Shown here piece after piece: positions 60,204-64,000 of a stretch of 64,000 nt of DNA. Within the stretch, counting starts at the first letter, position 1. Each line of letters starts with the position of its first letter. The translations under genes and the position numbers were made by a program. This DNA comes from Candidatus Helarchaeota archaeon (GTDB lineage: Archaea; Asgardarchaeota; Lokiarchaeia; Helarchaeales; RDOG01). The stretch is taken from assembly GCA_019058315.1 (NCBI GenBank), contig JAHPZH010000002.1:1069910-1133909 (forward strand). Direction: 5' to 3'. Under the pieces are notes generated by a model. That model was not told the origin of the DNA. It did no database searches and worked only from the letters and a program-made list of their open reading frames with translations.

Positions 60204-60346
60204 TTTCTACTTTCTTCAATTTTTTGCTTTTAATAAAATATAGAATTTAAAAATAAAAGAACAATAATAGATTAAAAATATTACTTTTTAAAACTTAGAT
60301 GTTATATTAAGGAATAAAAAGGAGAAAAGAAAAGAATTTGACTTGT

Positions 60347-61519
60347 TTAACCAAATTTATGTATTCCAAGATCAAATACTTGATCTCTTGTTGATTTTTT
60401 TTGTGATGGTTCGAATAGATTGTTTGATTTGATTCCGCTTATTAATGTGGTTACTCTAATTGTGTTTTTAAGCTCCGGATCTATTAATGCGCCCCAAATA
60501 ATTTCAGTTTCAGGATTTAATTCTTCTGTTATCGTATTTATTACTGTTTTAGTATCTTGCAATGACATGTTACAATTGCCCATAACATTGATCAAAGCTC
60601 CCCTTGCATTATAAATATCTAAATCAAGTAAAGGATTATTCAGAGAATTCAAAGCCGCCTCTTCAGGATTTTGTGATTCACCAAGACCAATCAAAGCTTC
60701 ACCAGATTCTAAAAGAATAGTACGAACATCTGCAAAGTCAACGTTTACTAATCCAGGTCTTGTAACAAGATCTGCTATACCTTTTACACCTCTAATTAAA
60801 ATCTCATCCACTACAGCAAATGATTCAGCCAAGGATAAATCTGGTGCAATGTCCAATAGTTTTTCATTTGGAATAACAACGATTGTATCCGAAACTTGGC
60901 TTAAACGTTCTAAACCCCATATAGCATTTTTCTTTTTCTTCAACCCCTCCACCTGAAAAGGTAATGTGCAAATTGAAACCACCAATGCTCCTAAATCCTT
61001 TGCTATTTCTGCAAGAACATGTGATGCTCCCGTTCCAGTTCCACCACCTAAACCGCAAGTAATGAATAGCATATCTACATTGAGAAGATTCCTAATCTCA
61101 TCCGCACTTTCTAAAGCAGCAGCCTGTCCAATTTCAGGATTATTACCTGCTCCAAGTCCTCCAGTTAAGCGTTTTCCTATTAAGAATTTTTCATCTGCAC
61201 TGGTGTATAAGAGGTCCTTTGCATCAGTATTAATTGCAAAAGTTGTAGCTCCTTCAATTCCAAGCTCAAATAACCGTGAAATTGCATTATTTCCAGCTCC
61301 GCCTACTCCTGCACATTTAATTCTAGCTGTAGACCTGTTCAGAATTTCTTCTAATTCTAGATCCACATTATTTTGCTTATAAATGTAATTTGGTGCAATT
61401 TGGCTTTGGTTAGTATTCCTTTCTTTTCTTTCATAATTTGGCAAGATTTGTACTTGGTTCGTGTCTCTTTCTTTTCTTTCATCCTCAATAATTTTCTTTA
61501 TAATTGATTGCAAACTCAT
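60347..61519 (-). CDS. ftsZ: Cell division protein FtsZ
   Basis: GVGGAGNNA, INTDA, GLGAG.NP, GLGGGTGTG, GLVNVDFAD. Confidence 0.97.
   Translation of the reverse strand: MSLQSIIKKIIEDERKERDTNQVQILPNYERKERNTNQSQIAPNYIYKQNNVDLELEEILNRSTARIKCAGVGGAGNNAISRLFELGIEGATTFAINTDAKDLLYTSADEKFLIGKRLTGGLGAGNNPEIGQAAALESADEIRNLLNVDMLFITCGLGGGTGTGASHVLAEIAKDLGALVVSICTLPFQVEGLKKKKNAIWGLERLSQVSDTIVVIPNEKLLDIAPDLSLAESFAVVDEILIRGVKGIADLVTRPGLVNVDFADVRTILLESGEALIGLGESQNPEEAALNSLNNPLLDLDIYNARGALINVMGNCNMSLQDTKTVINTITEELNPETEIIWGALIDPELKNTIRVTTLISGIKSNNLFEPSQKKSTRDQVFDLGIHKFG
61385..61480 (-). repeat. 48-bp tandem duplication in the FtsZ N-terminal tail
   Basis: ERKERDTNQVQILPNY followed by ERKERNTNQSQIAPNY. Confidence 0.85.
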
Positions 61520-61706
61520 AAACCTACCATTATCTTAAACTAATATCTCTCTCCTCACTATAACCATATAAGACTAGAGAATATGATCCACTATAGCTCA
61601 AGAATATCACATGATATAAAAAAAAGGTCAGCTTTTGAATTAATTAGTATTCAGAGGCGATAAGATAAAAAATTTAAAAATATTGAAATAATAAAAAACG
61701 ATTAAA

Positions 61707-62369
61707 CTATTTTTTAGACTTTTGTTCTGCTGCATCTTTTATAAAATATTTTCCCCAATAATAATTATTTAAAACTCCTACTGGATTATGAGAGTTAGCT
61801 CTATCCTTAGCGATTAATGTAGTAACAGGTGCTTTTGAGTATTTTGTAAAGACTGCATCATGCCCCACGCATAACCCAATAAGTACATTTAAATCTGTGC
61901 CACATTCATTTAGAAGTAAAGCTTGCCCGACAGGATTACAAGCAACAAAACCAATCATGTAACCAGTTTTTGAAGTCATTTGATATTCTTTTGGAACCTC
62001 ATGATCATCTTTTTTAACGCTTCCAGTTTTACACATTATAGAATATACATCAAAACCGTAATTCTCTAAAATTTTTGCCACTTCCGAAGTCTCATTTATT
62101 AAACCAACACAACATGCCAATCCAATTTTGTTATAATTCATTAATCTAGCAAATTCAATAGTATCCTTTAACCGTGGCCATACTCTGTAACCAGTTGCTT
62201 CTACAATGGCAGCATTTTTTGTCATTTCTCGAATTTCTGGCTCGGATTCATATATTTTCTTTGCTTCATCTAAAACTTCATTATGTGTTTCTCTAGGACA
62301 ATTTAAAGGTCTTCTCCTGGAATCAGTTATGCAAGCAAGCCTCTTACAGAATGCACATTGAATTTTCAT
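61707..62369 (-). CDS. DUF1847-family Cys-rich metal-binding protein
   Basis: C..C...AC, R..TIEFA, IGLA.C.GL, CNPVGQA, GLCVGHD, P.TTL..KD...HNP. Confidence 0.88.
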   Translation of the reverse strand: MKIQCAFCKRLACITDSRRRPLNCPRETHNEVLDEAKKIYESEPEIREMTKNAAIVEATGYRVWPRLKDTIEFARLMNYNKIGLACCVGLINETSEVAKILENYGFDVYSIMCKTGSVKKDDHEVPKEYQMTSKTGYMIGFVACNPVGQALLLNECGTDLNVLIGLCVGHDAVFTKYSKAPVTTLIAKDRANSHNPVGVLNNYYWGKYFIKDAAEQKSKK

Positions 62370-62383
62370 ATTAATTCATCCCT

Positions 62384-63859
62384 CTAATTTAATTTTTCTT
62401 TTTTTTTATTATTTAAAATATTCAATAGACAAGTAGGATCACTTTTTGTTAAGCTTTTCTCGAAAATAAATACTTTAGCACGACAACCTCCACATATAAT
62501 TTTATATATGCAATTGCCACACTCACCATCAAATTTTAAATTGCGATATTTACCTAATACAGTCGAGTGGATCCAAACGTCTTGAATATTATTTTTCCTT
62601 ATGTTACCAATAACACAAGGATTAAGAGGACATGGAGTCAATTCGCCATTTGGTTTGATATGAATAACATAAATCCCCGATTCACAACCTGTAATAAATG
62701 GGGAAAATGGGGATTGTTCACTAAAAATTCCTTTAGAAAGTCTATTTGAAAAATTAAAAAATTTTAAAGCAGTTCTTGGAAAATTTCCTTTAAAGAACGG
62801 AATAACTTGAGAATTAGGCATTCTTTGTGCTAAGATTTTATTGAAAATGGGATTTTTATAAGATAATGTTAAAGGATAATCATCAGTCATTAATTTTTGC
62901 CAAATATCACATAAAATACTTCCAAACTTTTCTACTTGAAGTGATGACAATGCATAATGTTCTTTATTCACTGCTTTTTGAGAAGGGACGAAGTCTAAAA
63001 GTTCTAATTTCTGAACCTTAAGCTCTTTAGCTAACTCAACTAGTGGATAAATTTGATTTGCATTTAATTTAGTAACTACAACATCCATACTAACATATAA
63101 TCCGGCATTTAAACAATTTTTAATTCCTTCGATTGCATTTTGAAAACTTCCTTTCCCCCTACTTTTATCGTGTAAGTTTTCTAATCCATCAATACTAATT
63201 TGAATATAACCAAGTCCTGATTTCTTTAATCTTTGTGCTATATTCGGGGAAATTAAGATTCCATTCGTAGCAAGAGCTGTTCTCATGGGTTTTTTCGTAA
63301 TATATTTTATTAAATCAAATATATCTTCTCGTAGTAATGGTTCCCCTCCCGTGAAACCAACTACTAAATTTTTTGCATCATATAATTGATCTATAACATT
63401 ACATGCTTCGTCATAGGTCAACTCTTTATTACCTGTATTATTATGAATATAGCAATGAGGACAGCTTAAATTGCATTTATCAGTTATTGACCAAATTGTA
63501 ATTATTGGTCCAGCAGGAATTTGTGGAATTTTTAATCCAAATATACCAATTCCTTCAATATATGATTGTAATAGTCTTTTAATGGAAATATTTTCTTTTA
63601 AAATTCGTTTAAATCCACCATTTGGCATTTTAAGTGCATGAGATACTAAATTTAATGAAATTGAAATTAATTTAGAAAGAAATCTTGCTTTAATTTTACA
63701 ATTTCTACATGTAATATGTTCATCAAGATAAAAATTGATGAAAGTTTCTGAATATTTTCTTCCACATGTCTTACAATTTCCTGAAAATATTTTAAAAGGA
63801 TTCAGAATATCAATTTTATTGACAAGATTCCACATTAATAAATCTAGCACATTATTCAC
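62384..63859 (-). CDS. Radical SAM/SPASM-domain protein with an N-terminal Cys motif
   Basis: CNLSCPHC, TGGEPL.R.D, QISIDG, SPASM motifs GC..G...I.PNG...PCP and CG.C.Y...CGGCRA. Confidence 0.92.
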   Translation of the reverse strand: MNNVLDLLMWNLVNKIDILNPFKIFSGNCKTCGRKYSETFINFYLDEHITCRNCKIKARFLSKLISISLNLVSHALKMPNGGFKRILKENISIKRLLQSYIEGIGIFGLKIPQIPAGPIITIWSITDKCNLSCPHCYIHNNTGNKELTYDEACNVIDQLYDAKNLVVGFTGGEPLLREDIFDLIKYITKKPMRTALATNGILISPNIAQRLKKSGLGYIQISIDGLENLHDKSRGKGSFQNAIEGIKNCLNAGLYVSMDVVVTKLNANQIYPLVELAKELKVQKLELLDFVPSQKAVNKEHYALSSLQVEKFGSILCDIWQKLMTDDYPLTLSYKNPIFNKILAQRMPNSQVIPFFKGNFPRTALKFFNFSNRLSKGIFSEQSPFSPFITGCESGIYVIHIKPNGELTPCPLNPCVIGNIRKNNIQDVWIHSTVLGKYRNLKFDGECGNCIYKIICGGCRAKVFIFEKSLTKSDPTCLLNILNNKKKEKLN

Positions 63860-64000
63860 AAAGTTTTGACAATCTTTTAATCAAAAAAAGAATAAACTTT
63901 TAATAAACATTTGTATACGTGCAAAACATATAATTGCTTTTTGCAACTCGTTCCTCATCTGAAATTTATTTGTCATATCATTTGAAAATTTGTTTTTAAT

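Noticed and set aside
2109-62749. Numerous short antisense or overlapping ORFs (e.g. 2109, 6830, 12893, 27575, 43006, 47268, 48258, 57251, 60966)
   Set aside because: They lie opposite or inside well-supported genes and carry no recognisable motifs.
63860-64000. Possible precursor peptide for the SPASM radical SAM enzyme
   Set aside because: Only a short open frame at the window edge with no RiPP-like features; it cannot be supported.
1-64000. tRNA, rRNA, RNase P/SRP RNA, selenoprotein recoding, transposases
   Set aside because: No GC-rich structured intergenic segment, no TGA at a catalytic Cys position, and no transposase or integrase motif was seen by eye. A covariance-model search would be needed to exclude small RNAs.

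Overview
AT-rich (roughly 30% GC by eye) archaeal chromosomal DNA, very probably from an Asgard archaeon (Loki/Helarchaeales-like), judged from its archaeal information-processing genes and several eukaryotic-signature-like domains. The right third is a conserved minus-strand housekeeping run: ftsZ-secE-spt5-tmk-aIF5B-rps6e-aIF2gamma-PIN-rpoE'-spt4-DPCK-rps24e-rps27ae...kae1-bud32...rdgB-rps15-RecJ/Cdc45-rps3ae...glmU-like. The left end has rpl15e and two RNase P protein genes. The middle is accessory. Highlights: (1) A three-gene operon at 23731-28478 encodes an HTH fused to an ESCRT-II (Vps22/36, EAP30)-like domain, a YdjI-type SPFH protein, and a PH/GRAM + multi-TM + adaptin-appendage + Zn-ribbon protein. 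It is a candidate undescribed membrane-remodelling or stress system. (2) Near-cognate start codons appear to be used systematically. At least five conserved genes must start at ATT, ATA, ATC or CTG, including an spt4 missing from the ORF track, and many others start at TTG. (3) Further candidate eukaryote-like proteins: an N-myristoyltransferase-like tandem GNAT, a stand-alone PARP-type Zn finger, a longin, a membrane PCI protein, a 2.5k-aa receptor-like protein and a histone-H1-like Lys-rich repeat protein. No rRNA, tRNA, CRISPR array or mobile element was recognised. All domain calls come from motif recognition by eye, not from database searches.
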